Shown piece by piece: positions 24,826 to 36,990 of a DNA stretch of 64,000 nt. The notes beneath the pieces are model-generated. The model was not told the origin of the DNA and did not search any database. It was given only the letters and a program-made list of their open reading frames with translations. Position 1 is the stretch's first letter. Each line of letters starts with the position of its first letter. Source of the DNA: Podarcis filfolensis (lineage: Eukaryota); NCBI GenBank assembly GCA_964270895.1, contig OZ185441.1; one strand, 5' to 3'. The position numbers were made by a program, and so were the translations under genes.

Positions 24826-24963
24826 GAGGAGTTTTGTTACCCAGTGGAATGCCTGGCTCTTACAGTGGAAGAAGTAATGCACATCCGTCAAGTGCTAGTG
24901 AAGGCCGAGCTAGAGAAGTACCAGCAGTATAAAGATGTCTATACTGCCCTCAAGAAAGGAAAG
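24826..24963 (+). CDS. SPIRE1: SPIRE1 Spir-box exon, [46 protein letters not shown]
   Basis: CAG acceptor, GTAAGG donor at 24964, 138 nt, phase 0/0. Spir-box signature. Confidence 0.98.
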
Positions 24964-25949
24964 GTAAGGATGCTTAGGCTGATTTTCCCAGAGAACCAGG
25001 AGTGAATGATGAAGAAGAAATTCAGCTAAATGTTATTAGAGCTCCTGAAATTAACAAATTAAGGCCTGCATCCAATGTCATGTTAAGTAATCTTCCCCCA
25101 CCCTCAGCTCAAGGATTTATTCTTTTGCAATAGGATTTTCTCACCTTCTTTTTCCCTTGCACATCCCCTAAATCTGTTAGGGGTTTCCGTCCAACCCTCC
25201 AAAGCAGATTTGGGAAGGAAGGAAAGTCCCAGTGTATGTTTTTGAGCTGACAGTACAGTTACTTAGTGCTATATTGGATCAAGTCAAGAATAGCACCATA
25301 AAACCATACATTTCTTTGAGTTGTTGAGTTGCGTGTAATTCTAGTCATTTGAGAATGGGGGAAATGCTTCAGTCAGTTCTTACTGAACTCTTTGGAACTT
25401 CTTTCTGAGTAAGGATGCTTTTAGGATTGTGTTGTCAGATTTCTAATTGAGTGCTTTCTTCTAGATTAAGTAAAGGACCATGAAAACATTTCACAAATTT
25501 AATTGCACTGATTTAATCTATAAGGCGGCTGGTTAACTTTACACTTTGGATGTATTGGGTTGCAAACTACTTCTTCTCCTTGCCTGACCCCCAAATCTGT
25601 TCCAGAATCTTTTCCAACCCTCTAAAACACATTTTGAGGTTGAACAGCTGGTTGCAAGGGAGAGGAAAAGTGGGGGGAGTTGTGCTGCTCATCATAAACT
25701 CCATAAGTCCTGTGCAAGGGCTTCTGCTTGTGCAGTTGGGTTTCCCCCACTGCATGCTCCCTGAAATGGACTCTGTAGGGTCAGGGATTGTTCCATTTGC
25801 CAAGCTGATATACTTGTGCAGACAGAACATTCGCAATAGTGTGACATCAATTTCTACCCTTTATCTTTACTGATAATTTTTTTAGATGTTAGTAAATTGA
25901 TTTTCTAGAAAGACCTACTAATGCTATGGGCTCTTCTCAATTTTTATAG

Positions 25950-26020
25950 CTCTGTTTTTGTTGCCGAACAAGGAGGTTTTCTTTCTTCACCTGGTCCTAT
26001 ACCTGTCAGTTTTGTAAAAG
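25950..26020 (+). CDS. SPIRE1: SPIRE1 FYVE-like zinc-finger exon, LCFCCRTRRFSFFTWSYTCQFCK(R)
   Basis: TAG acceptor, GTAAGC donor at 26021, phase 0/2. Confidence 0.97.
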
Positions 26021-27032
26021 GTAAGCCTTTGGTTTTCATAGTAACAATAACTAGTGAAGGCACTGGAGCAGAATTCTGTTTGCTTTAACTTTTTGTGTTA
26101 CATTTAGTATGTAATTGAAGGAGAAAGGGTGATATTTGTACTGTATTTAGGAGTAAAGGTGAATTTGAACAGGGAGTTTTTGTGTTTTCCTAGATAATGA
26201 GTAGGGATGATTAGCAAATGCTCATTATGGGATAGGACATAAGACAGAATAAAAGCACTTTCAGATTCATTGTTAATATTTGAAGTTGGCAGAATGACAT
26301 AAAAAGAACAAGTTGCCAAAGAAGGGAGTAGATGCTGCAACAACGTATCTCAAATGCCATGGTTGTGCAAGTTTCTCAGAATCAATATCTTAAGAGCAGG
26401 AAATGGATGAATGATATTTAGTCCCCTTGGTCTGCACATACATGCTCCCTAATACAAACTGCTTGCATGAAATTATAAGAAAACATTGCCACTCAAGTTT
26501 AATGTTCCTGCGAGTTTCCCGTAAGAGCCATTTAAAATTTGCCATCTAATCTTCTAGGATGTGATTAAATAAAAAGAAGAGTGCTGATGTCAAGTCTGAA
26601 TAGGGCTCTTGGGTTTTTCACACATTCCATTCCTAATTTCCTGATAATGGTTAATATCTATAGGACTGCCTATGGAAACATGCCGATCGTGGCTTGTGAG
26701 GTCCCTAAACTTCTCATCTAAGCTACAGTATGCCCTAACATTAGGCAACACTTTTGTAGCTCAGGACTGCAGTTGAAACATGAAGATGGGCAAGACCCAG
26801 GCCATGTGCTCAAGATTCTTTGGATGACAATCCTTTGTTTTTATTTTTTGCCTTCTCCTGAGTTCTGGTATTTAAGCTAAAGCCAGTGAAATTCAAAAAT
26901 AGTTCGTAGCTCATAAAGCATTTTTACTAGGAAAGAACAATACAACTTTTGAAGTGACGTGTCCAGTGCTGTCCTGCAAAAGTATTACTACATTTAGCTG
27001 AGTAAGTCACATATTTTCTTTTTCTTTTATAG

Positions 27033-27060
27033 GCCTGTATGCTCACAGTGTTGCAAGAAG
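27033..27060 (+). CDS. SPIRE1: SPIRE1 28-nt exon, (R)PVCSQCCKK
   Basis: Pyrimidine tract + TAG acceptor, GTAAGT donor at 27061, phase 2/0. Confidence 0.95.
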
Positions 27061-27489
27061 GTAAGTTCAGAAACCTATAAATCCTTCATCTTCTTAAAAT
27101 CTATGGTGTGATTCATCAGGAACAGCTGCTTTACTATCTTCATAGTACAACAAAGTACAAAGTACAACGGAAAAAAATTCAGCAGAAACCGCCCCCCCCC
27201 TAAAAATCAGTTTACAGCATCCCCTGCTTTGAATATACTTGCCATATATACACAGTAGTGTTCATTCACTCATATTTCTTTTCTTACAGCATTTGCAATA
27301 CATGTATTTGCAACATTTTTTTAAAACGGGACTCCTGTAGAAGGGAATGTATTGCTTTGGTATCTCTATGGTTCACAAATTCTGGGTCATTGACTGGGAA
27401 TATGCTTGCGAAAGTTGTACAAGCCCACATAATGGCACTGTCTCTAGGTAGCTCAGTCTATAATTGTTATTCTCTTTCCTTTGTAACAG

Positions 27490-27626
27490 ATGCGCCTGCC
27501 ATCAAAGCCATATTCTACACTTCCCATCTTTTCTCTGGGACCTTCGGCTTTACAGAAAGGAGAAAGTTTTATGAGGCCAGATAAACCTTCCACTAGCCAT
27601 CACCGGTCCCTTAGGGGCATGCCAAG
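27490..27626 (+). CDS. SPIRE1: SPIRE1 exon, [45 protein letters not shown](R)
   Basis: CAG acceptor, GTAAGT donor at 27627, phase 0/2. Confidence 0.96.
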
Positions 27627-29488
27627 GTAAGTGATACTTCTGATTAAGATTAGACTGCTTATCTACTACCAGCTACTTTCATGGACTATATTCCATAGTT
27701 CATTTTGTTTTTGGGCAGTGAATTGTTACATATATTTATTTCTAAGATGCTTACTATTATTCTCTCTTTTTTTAAAAAAAAATACAATTAAATGGGGGGG
27801 ATCTGTCAAAATTTAAATAAACCATTGCAGAACTACAATTAGGTGACATTTGCAAAATTAAACACAAAATTTATTTTATTTCAAAAGGGAAGTTAAAAGT
27901 GGAAAATAGGCAAGAATCTGTATAAAATGGATTTACCATCCTTGCCAAACCTGGCTTCAAATCAGTATAAAACAACAATATATTTTGCTCAACCATAGAG
28001 CTTTGTTTGAGTCCATAAATGGCTGCCAATTTGTGGCAAATTTATCTTTGGCTTTTCTCTTTAAATCTGACATAATGCATTAACCTGGCTATTCAGTAAC
28101 AGTTGATGTGGTTGCTAATCACCATTTTTGCAAACAGTTCTTGCTTCCAACAGCATATAAGATGCCATTTTCTTATGTTCTTGTCATACTAAACCACTTG
28201 TATATTTTAACAGAAAAAGCAAAAAAATAACACTGAGACCAATGGTATCTGTAGTTTCCTTTTTTTTCCCTTTTTCTTTTTTGGTCAGTGAACATTCTCA
28301 CCACATGTGGAAGAAGTCACCTCTCTGTTTCTCGCACTTCCAGCAAATAGATGTATACTGCCACAAATGTACTATTACATTTTTAGAAGTGTACTATAGG
28401 TACTTGTGAAAGCTCTAGACCCTATCCTTCAACAAGTTTCCAGGCAGTGATCAAAAGGTGTTCAATCTATAAAAGCATTTCAACCTCCATTTTCTTGTGG
28501 GAGCCCTTCAGACTCCCTGAAAAGCTACCCCCAAAGGTTGGTGGGCTTCCTGGTATAGCTTCTGAAAAAGGAAATTGGCACACCTCCCTCCCCTAAAAAA
28601 ACAACAACCCAAACTTCAATAAGTTGATCTTATGTACACATGTACCTCTTTGGATCTTCACATTAATATTTAAAATTATATTAAAATTTATCTCTGCCCC
28701 CAATCTTGCATGCTGAAGTAACTTTCGAGAAATATTATTTTAATTATCTATTCTTCAAGGCACAATAACCCACTGTCAAAATCCAGTGTTGCTCCAACAG
28801 ACGCATCATAATTTCCTTTCATCAGCACCCTCCTAATTCTCCCAATCAGCTCCACATCTTCCCAATTCTTTAGAGCAGATTTTGGAGGTGTACAAAGGGC
28901 TGCAAGATTATAGCAGAAGGGCAAGTTTCATTTGCATGAACAGGATGCTGCAATCGGACATAATGTTTAGTTTTTAAGGTTTTGCTGCAAGAAAAGAACT
29001 TGCTTAGCTTTTTAAAATTAAAATTTGAATTTGCAGTTGTCTTTTTTCGTACTCACTCGTCATAAAATTTGTTTCATTATTTGTTAGAGAAACATAACTA
29101 GTTTTTCAACTTAAGGTTGCCATTAAAGTTAGAGAAACCATGTGCAAAATCATTTATGAATCTAATTTGCAAAGGTTTATTTTTCTCTTGCTTGTATATA
29201 ACCATTTTCTAAGATCATAAATGCCTTCATATCTGTTAGCCAAATAGCACAATTTTGCTATGATTAATCTGTGTTTTGCATTAATCATAACTGGCCACAA
29301 GAAACACCTCTCTCCCCTGACACAATATGTTAGGAAGTAAAAAGACCTGTGAGAGACAGATTTGCTATCTCTCTAGTACTGTGAGAGTACTAGAGTACAA
29401 ATCTGTGAGAGACAGATTTGTCACCTCTCTAGTACAATTGGAAAGCTAAATAACCCTAATAAGAACAGAATTGTTGCTTTGTTTTCAG

Positions 29489-29747
29489 GTTATCCTCAAA
29501 GTCCAAGTCTGTAGATAAATCAGATGAAGAAGCACTATTTCCAAAAGAGCTAATGGAGGACTGGAGCACCATGGAAGTGTGTGTGGACTGCAAAAAGTTC
29601 ATTTCGGAAATCATCAATTCAAGCCGCCGCAGCCTCTCCCTGGCTAACAAGCGAGCCAGATTAAAAAGGAAAACCCAGTCGTTCTACATGTCCTCCCCAG
29701 GCACCTCGGAGTATTGCCCTTCTGAGAGGACTATCAATGAGATCTGA
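29489..29747 (+). CDS. SPIRE1: SPIRE1 last coding exon, (R)[14 protein letters not shown]...[21 protein letters not shown]...[10 protein letters not shown]
   Basis: gttttcag acceptor, phase 2, TGA at 29745-47. Contains the formin-Spir interaction C-terminus ([10 protein letters not shown]). Confidence 0.97.
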
Positions 29748-32700
29748 GCTGTGTGCCTTTCTCTTTGCTTTGTATTCATGAAGTCTTGAGAGAACTCGGT
29801 GAAACCAGAATGTCTTTTTTCCTTTGTTCCACCCGACAGCTTACATTTGCATTAGATCACTGGTTTTGCCACTCCATAATTTATACACAGAGAGAAAGTA
29901 AGAAATCGGGCTATGCAGCAGGTCAGTAGATAAAACTGTTTGCACAGGAAGAAAATGTCCGTTTGAAATTGTTGCCTTTTTGTATGTGGCACAGTGTACA
30001 AAGAGCGCCTTTACTTGCATTATTTTTTCTAGTGTTCATTCCTTCGATAATTTTCAAGAAAAGAGTCAAAATATAGTTACAGAACTACACAATGGTGTTA
30101 GCACAGTTGTAATTATTGAACTATGCTGGCATTTACTACCAACTAACATATACATTTCAGTCTTTGTGGCACACAAGCCCATGCTTGTACAGAAAATTGA
30201 CGGGGGCCATGGCTCTTAATGCCTTATGGTATAGCACAAAGCTTTAAAGGATGTGCTCACCATGGTCGATCAATCCAAACTAGGTAGTTTATGCTGTCTG
30301 GGTTCTAGAATAAAATATTGAATAAGCTAAGAAGCCTGGATTGGGTAACTATTTCCTGCAGCTGCTACTTGTTCCAGTATAATGATAAGTGTGTTATGTC
30401 TAAAGTAATAGCAGTTTCTTCCCTATCTTGAATGTATTCTGAATGTTAGTTGCAGTAGTTGTTAGTTGTAGCTTTTAGACATAAGCAAAATACTCTCTAT
30501 GGAGGGGATGCAAGATAAGTGCAACTTTTTAATATTAATGAGTTTTTTGTAAAATTAAGAACATTCTCTGGGTGACAATCCTGAGAAAATAGATCATATG
30601 TATATTTGTATTATAGTAGAACACCTAAGTACTGCTATAATTAAGGGTCTGGAAGCATATCCATTATAAGCCCCATTTTTACAGGGGTTTGTATCTTGGC
30701 TGTAAAGAAATTTTATACCCTGCAAAAATTTGAGGCAGGAGTGTCTCAGATTGAGAGGTAGGTTTTTTTTAAGGTTTGGAGAAACACTGTCTAGCTGTTT
30801 TGAAGTTCCAGGAATATTACCAAACATTACATTTTTGCACTCTTTTATATTCTGATTTTTAAATGTAAACAAACTGGGGCTTAGAGTAGAGTGTGCAGCT
30901 AGGTTGTTTTTATATTTATAACAGCACAGTTATAAATATTTGCAAATCATCCACTGGACAGGAACAATAATCCTTTCACGTTTTTAATGGCTAGGTCCAT
31001 ATTTAATATCAGCATTCAGTATATGATAGGAAGGATTCAAATATTTGAATTTTCATTTTCACATTTTAGGTTGATGAGAGACATCTCAGTTCACTTCCAA
31101 AATAAGCAGAATCTGCTTTAATGCAACCTCCATCCAGACATTTTTTAAATGAAAATACGCTGAGAAATGAATCTTATCTTCCAAGAAAACCAAAACTTTA
31201 GAGGCCAAGAAATAGAGCTGCTATGTAAAGACTAAAAGCCTGATATTGCTGCTCTAATATCTGAAATTTAACTAACTGCACAAGCACAAATGTTTGGGGT
31301 CTTAGGATGCAATGGGGTCGCTGGTCCAATTATTCTTAAGCAACTCATCCAAGACAGTGGGACTACTCTATTTTCATTGGATAAACCAATGTAGGCCGTG
31401 TCTACACTACAGACAAAACTGGCACTGTTGGCACAATTGAGGAATTCTCACTGGCAAAATAAAACACTCCTACAGGGAAAGCCACAAGAGTTCCACCAAT
31501 GGACATAACCCATGGTCAATAACAGCAGAAGTTAAATTTCACTTTGTTAATTGACATGATAAAATTGCATTGTGATGACATCAGACCGAGAAGTATTGTT
31601 AGACTATAGTCTTTTTTCCATTAATCAGCTTGGAAAAAATGGACTGAAAGCACCTATTCCTTTTATATTTTGCTACATTTTATTAATAAATGCCACAAAT
31701 TGTGTGGAAGCAAAGGGGTCACCTCACAGCTCACAAAGGCATCAGCAATAGCTCCCAGTAAGGTGAGGCATCAGCTAGGAGATTCTCACCCTGCCAGGTT
31801 TTCTATGTCATCTCTTCTCTTCCATGTAGCTAACCTGCTCTATATCAAGATCCGGTTGTCTAGCTACTTTTCTAGAGAACTAAGTTGTATTCTGATATGT
31901 GCCTGGACACACAAATGCATCTATGGATGGAAAGCCTGCTCCCAACAACCCCATCTATATCAGCCCACACACTCAGTCTCCAGCCTTCCCCAGGTTGAGC
32001 AGGGTACCCAATCATGCATGATGTTCTACTCACATTTAAGGGAATGCAAGTACTATGCCCTTATAGACCTATCCTGCTCAACGTGGGGAAGTTTTGGAAC
32101 AAATGTGTGGGGCAGGGCTTGCATGTGCTATCTCCTGCCTACAGATACAGAGTTCACGTGTTCAGACAAATGCCTGAATTCTCTTTGTAAAATGTGTCTG
32201 GGACTTATGTCGTCGCCTCGTTCTATTAAATATTATTTAGATTTTCTAGGCTCTTTATTAGTATTGCACACATGAACTTTGGTGCTCCTATGGGTCCAGT
32301 CAAATTACAGGGAGTGAAGTGGGGATCTTTCTGGTAGAGGACCCCTCAAATTCTAAGGTGAGGGGTTTGAGGTTGAAGTGCTGACAGCGTGAGTCACCTT
32401 GAATGCCAGCGATATAAGCGGAGGCTGCTTACTTGCCTCAATAGTTTTATCCCTGCACACAGACAACACAACTCCTTCTTTCTTTCCCTTTGACAATGCA
32501 CTTACAGCCACATGCAGCATTCAATCTTAATAGAAACTGCCACTAGCAAGCTTGATATTTTTCAGTCACCACTTTCCAAGTGCCCTTCGCCTTTCTCATT
32601 TCCTCTTTGACTCTTTCTGTCAGGATGAAGGAAATATGCTGGCCTTTAATTTGGGGGAAGAAGTTCCACAAAGTTGTTGTTTGAAGCCTGAGGGGGAACT

Positions 32701-35121
32701 TGGTTCCTTGAGCATTGTGTTGTGTGACATAACATTCTTGTCACCTTGCCATTAATATTCCAACTGTGGTCCAAGTAATAAGGATATTCACACTGTTTCT
32801 CCATATCACAGGAAGCTGCCTATAACGTGAAGCTTTTTGGTGCCCTTGTCTGTTTCAACATAATCATATCAACTTGTAAATATGTGTAAAATATATTAAC
32901 TTCGGAGAACCACCACTCTTTGTAGTGAGAATCAACCTTCTCATGAAGAGTGAAGAGGAAATTTAAAATAAGCTAAATGAGCCAACTTCTGTGTTATCAG
33001 AAATCATACCAATGTTTAAATGAGTTTTAAAGAGGAGAAAGGCTATCTAGAACAGCAAACTTGGCACCATAAGAACTTTAAAGCATTTATTTTTCTAATT
33101 ACTAATAAATCTAGGAAGTACCCCAAGTGTATTGTAGAAAACCTGCATCCAGTAAAATGATTGTGTGTTTTGTACATGAAAATATTTTGTGGGAAATTCC
33201 AAGCTAGCTCCGCTCTGCAGAAGGTGGCGACAAAGCCTTTGCAATGCCTTGGTGTGCAGACAGAACTTTTATGCATCCCTGGTGACAATGTTACTCTATT
33301 ATTATTTTGGTTGAAATCCTTTATTTAAATATGAAATATGAGGAAAATAAAAACACCTTTCTGTCATAGCTTTTGTCTGTGTTAATAATTTGTTATAACT
33401 CTGTACAATATTTGAAAAGAATATTTTAGTACTTGCTTGGGCTGCATGAAAGGAAGAAAATCTGTCAGATGTATCTGAAGAATAGCAATAAAGCAATTTT
33501 GATGGGCTATTTTTTTTTTAAAAAAAGCATTTAATTGGCACAAGATTCACAAACTGAAGTTTAAAAAACTTTCCCAAAAACATTTCTGTACCTCAAGCTG
33601 CATTTCTAATTACATGTCATTTGTGCTGAATCCTTAGTCTCTGCAACTACTACATTTACATTAATTGTGTAAATTCTGTCAGAAAATAAATTAATTTGGC
33701 CTTTCTACCAAAGGAAGCATATTCAATAACACATTAATTCAAACTTCTCACCCCTCTTCCCCAACCCCTTTTGTTCTGCCTATCCCTATTAACAAAAAGT
33801 TCTTCTCCTGTGATTACTGCACGTGAAGCAAGTCAAAAGTGGTTCCCTTTTAATAACGCATGGTTTCACATTTTCATTTGTGAAATGCTGACACACCAAG
33901 CAGGTATTAGGCAAGCGATGGCATCACATGTGGGTACTTGTTAGCACAATTTTGGAATTCTAACAGCACAAGTATTTTAATTGTAGACCATCTTTCCCTC
34001 CCTCACCTCCGCAATTTACACAACTCTTTCTCTGCCTTGAAGAGAAAGAACAAGTGCTCTCCCCCCTCCCCTCGCCAGTTAAAAGATTGCAGTTGCACTG
34101 GAAATCAAATACAAGATTTTCAGGCAACTTATTGACTGTGTTCGTGGCTGCGGAAAAGCAGAAGCTACTGTGGCTTATAGGCTAAGAAATTTTAACTACT
34201 CTAGATGCAAACTGCACAGCACAATCTTCTGCATATTCACATGGTGCATCCTACTGTGTTTATTCTCTCATGCTTACGATTGCACTCTTAATCTCTTGTT
34301 TATGAGATAATCAAGAATACTGTTGCATATTATTTATGCATTCAGGATTACTTCCGAAAAATAACTTTAGTTCAGGTTCAAATACTTGGTGGTTGGTTTT
34401 TTGTTTTGTTTTTTGTTTTAGTAATTTGAAGGTTCCATGATGTTAGCAAATTCAAACGACATTCTGTCATTTGCAATATATATGTAACTCTACTCCAAAT
34501 TACCTGGTATTTGTATTGCGTATTTTTTGAAGAAATTTTTATCTGTGACACCAATTTGACTCCCGAAGGATTGAATTTGCATATTGTTTCGTACATGGTG
34601 GATGTTTTTCCCCAAGATGGCACTGACCACACTTGGATCCAAGGGACCATGCAACTAGTTTTACATGGCTGGCATTTATTTATTTATTTGGTGGGGGGTT
34701 TGGTCACATGATTTATAGTACCCATTTAAAAAATCTTGGCTTAAGCTAACACGAAGTCATATTCTGGAATGAGCATGATGTAATGCCATGCTAAGGAAAA
34801 TTCTAAGCCGGGGGAAAATACCCATTATAATGTGTTACAACTTGCATGCAAATCTAGCCATCATTTGGGCAGGAGGTGAGGTCTCCACACCACTGATTCT
34901 AAAAGCACCAGTTTAAGTACTTTTCAATTTTTAGAATACAATTGATCAGTAGGTCTTACAAAATTGGATATAAAATACAACATTGCAGACAAAATAGCTT
35001 GTAATTAATATTGCCACAATCTGATGGGTGCTAAAGAGGAACATACCTGGCAGTTTAGTTTACTGTTTTTATATTACATCTTTCCGAATTATAATATGGA
35101 GAACCCATTTATCTTTTTGCT

Positions 35122-35148
35122 ATTAAAAAGACATAATAAATAAATAAA
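35122..35148 (+). terminator. Candidate distal SPIRE1 polyadenylation signal cluster
   Basis: ATTAAA at 35122 and overlapping AATAAA at 35135-35148. The true 3' end cannot be fixed without transcript data. Confidence 0.3.
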
Positions 35149-36861
35149 TCTTGTTTAAAAGCTACTAATAGTGTAAAGACTATACAAGCACCCTTGTGGA
35201 ATTCCAGCTAGATTTGCACTTACAAAGACTTAAAATGCTGAATGTTTTGTGGTAGAAAGGTTCTGTAGCAGTAAGTTGCTATGGTTGACAGAATTTAGTA
35301 TTGCAGTATTCTTGTGCTATGACTTTTCCCCTATTGGTTGGATTTCTGTTTCTAAACCTGTATCAGAGATCATCATTCTAAACCATTCTAAACGGAATTA
35401 ATGGAAAACGGGCATGTAGAGATCTGCATTTGCTAACGAAGTGTGTTCATAGAAGGGTACATATTAAAGTTATGTGAAGTATCTCTGCTAAAGTAATATC
35501 AAATGTCTTGACAGGCTTTTTTAGACAGCACTATCCATCAACGGAGCACCTACAGAACAAAGTTTATACAATAAGGTTGGTGGTGGCTGCTATAATCGGT
35601 ACTTTTAAATTTATTTAAAACTGCTGGTTTAAAAATCTAAGCAGCAGACAAAAAGAAACCACAGACAACAAAAAAGTAAGTAGTATAAAGAGATAAACAT
35701 AAAAACATACTACCTCAACAATTAGTGGTTGGTTGGTTGTTGTTTTTTACCGATCCTGCACTGCAAGTGTGAAAACAAGTAGTTAAACCTAGGTCTCCTC
35801 CCTTGTTAAGGACCAATTGCCCCAGGGAAGGAAGTGGAATGCTGCTTTCAGTTCCCATGCCTGTCTTCAGCTATGTTGCCAACTCCTAGTTAGCTGGCTT
35901 TAGAAAGCAAGCAGAGAGCTCTGCACCTGTGAGTTTATGGCAAGAAGCAGGGGTGGCAAAAGAAGGACTACTATACGGCCTCTAAATCAACAAGCAACAC
36001 GTGTTCATTTCTGTGGTGTGTATGTGGGTAAATTAATTTACAAACATCATGTGAATTGATATTATTATTAATGAATTAAATTTGTTAGTCTCTTTACCTT
36101 GCCCAAAGCAACTTACAAGCTACCCACCAACAATAGAGAGATGCATGTTCAAATTCCTTCTCCATCATGTGTGGCCCTGGGTACACCACTCTTTTAAAAA
36201 GTCTTACCTGCTTATAGGGCTGTCATCAGGATAAATTTAAGCCACCAGCTCTGCCAGCTTGAACTCCTTGAGAGAAGAGTGGGAGTAAAGATGGTGAAAG
36301 GTAAAACTAAGCTGAAATATATTTGGCAGGAGAAATAACTCGCAGATTCGTCTCTGAAAAACGTGCTCAGTCTTATTGCTTTGTTAAATAACTTAATTCT
36401 ATCAGCATACTAGCATCCCATTTTATAACTTTCTTTAGGCATAAGTTTCAAATCTCAGCTGTGCAACCTTATATATTAGAAAGCAAAATTCTCAGTCAAA
36501 TTTGCATCCATCAAAATCCTCTTAATTATGTATAGTTGCAGGGTTGAGGAACAGCATACCTTTAAGAAAAACAACTGGAAGCACAAGATATAGTTCTTCA
36601 ATTCCTCCTATGTGATGTCACTGTGCATGTTTTTGTATGGCTTCTGATGCACCAGGGTAGCCATTTGTAAATGAAAAGGGCAATAGAATTTTTCTGCTTG
36701 TTTTCCTGTTATGTAATACTGATATACAGTTTATGCATTACAAATTAAAACAAAAACCTATTCTAAAAGTTGTACCGATGTATTCATTGCTCCATCAGAT
36801 CAATACGTTTTCTAATGTTGCAGAGAGCAAGTTGTGTGTACCACTGCATACTTTTCCGCTA

Positions 36862-36990
36862 CAGGTAGGTAGCCGTGTTGGTCTGCCATAGTTGAAACAA
36901 AATAAAAAAAATCCTTCCAGTAGCACCTTAGAGACCAACTAAGTTTGTTATTGGTATGAGCTTTCGTGTGCATGCACACTTCTTCAGAGG
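36862..36990. mobile_element. Penelope-like element terminal-repeat fragment carrying a hammerhead-ribozyme core
   Basis: 12-bp TSD acttttccgcta at 36850-61 and 36991-37002. The minus strand reads CUGAAGA-A-GUGUGC-AU-GCACAC-GAAA-GCUC-AUAC. Confidence 0.8.

Noticed and set aside
31670-32275. 201-aa ORF, the longest in the track
   Set aside because: TTG start, Cys/Ser/Leu-rich random composition, no recognisable domain; it spans a palindromic repeat within the probable SPIRE1 3' UTR.
33468-33495. tgtatctgaagaa resembles the 5' half of the hammerhead family
   Set aside because: No stem II or GAAA follows; probably chance.
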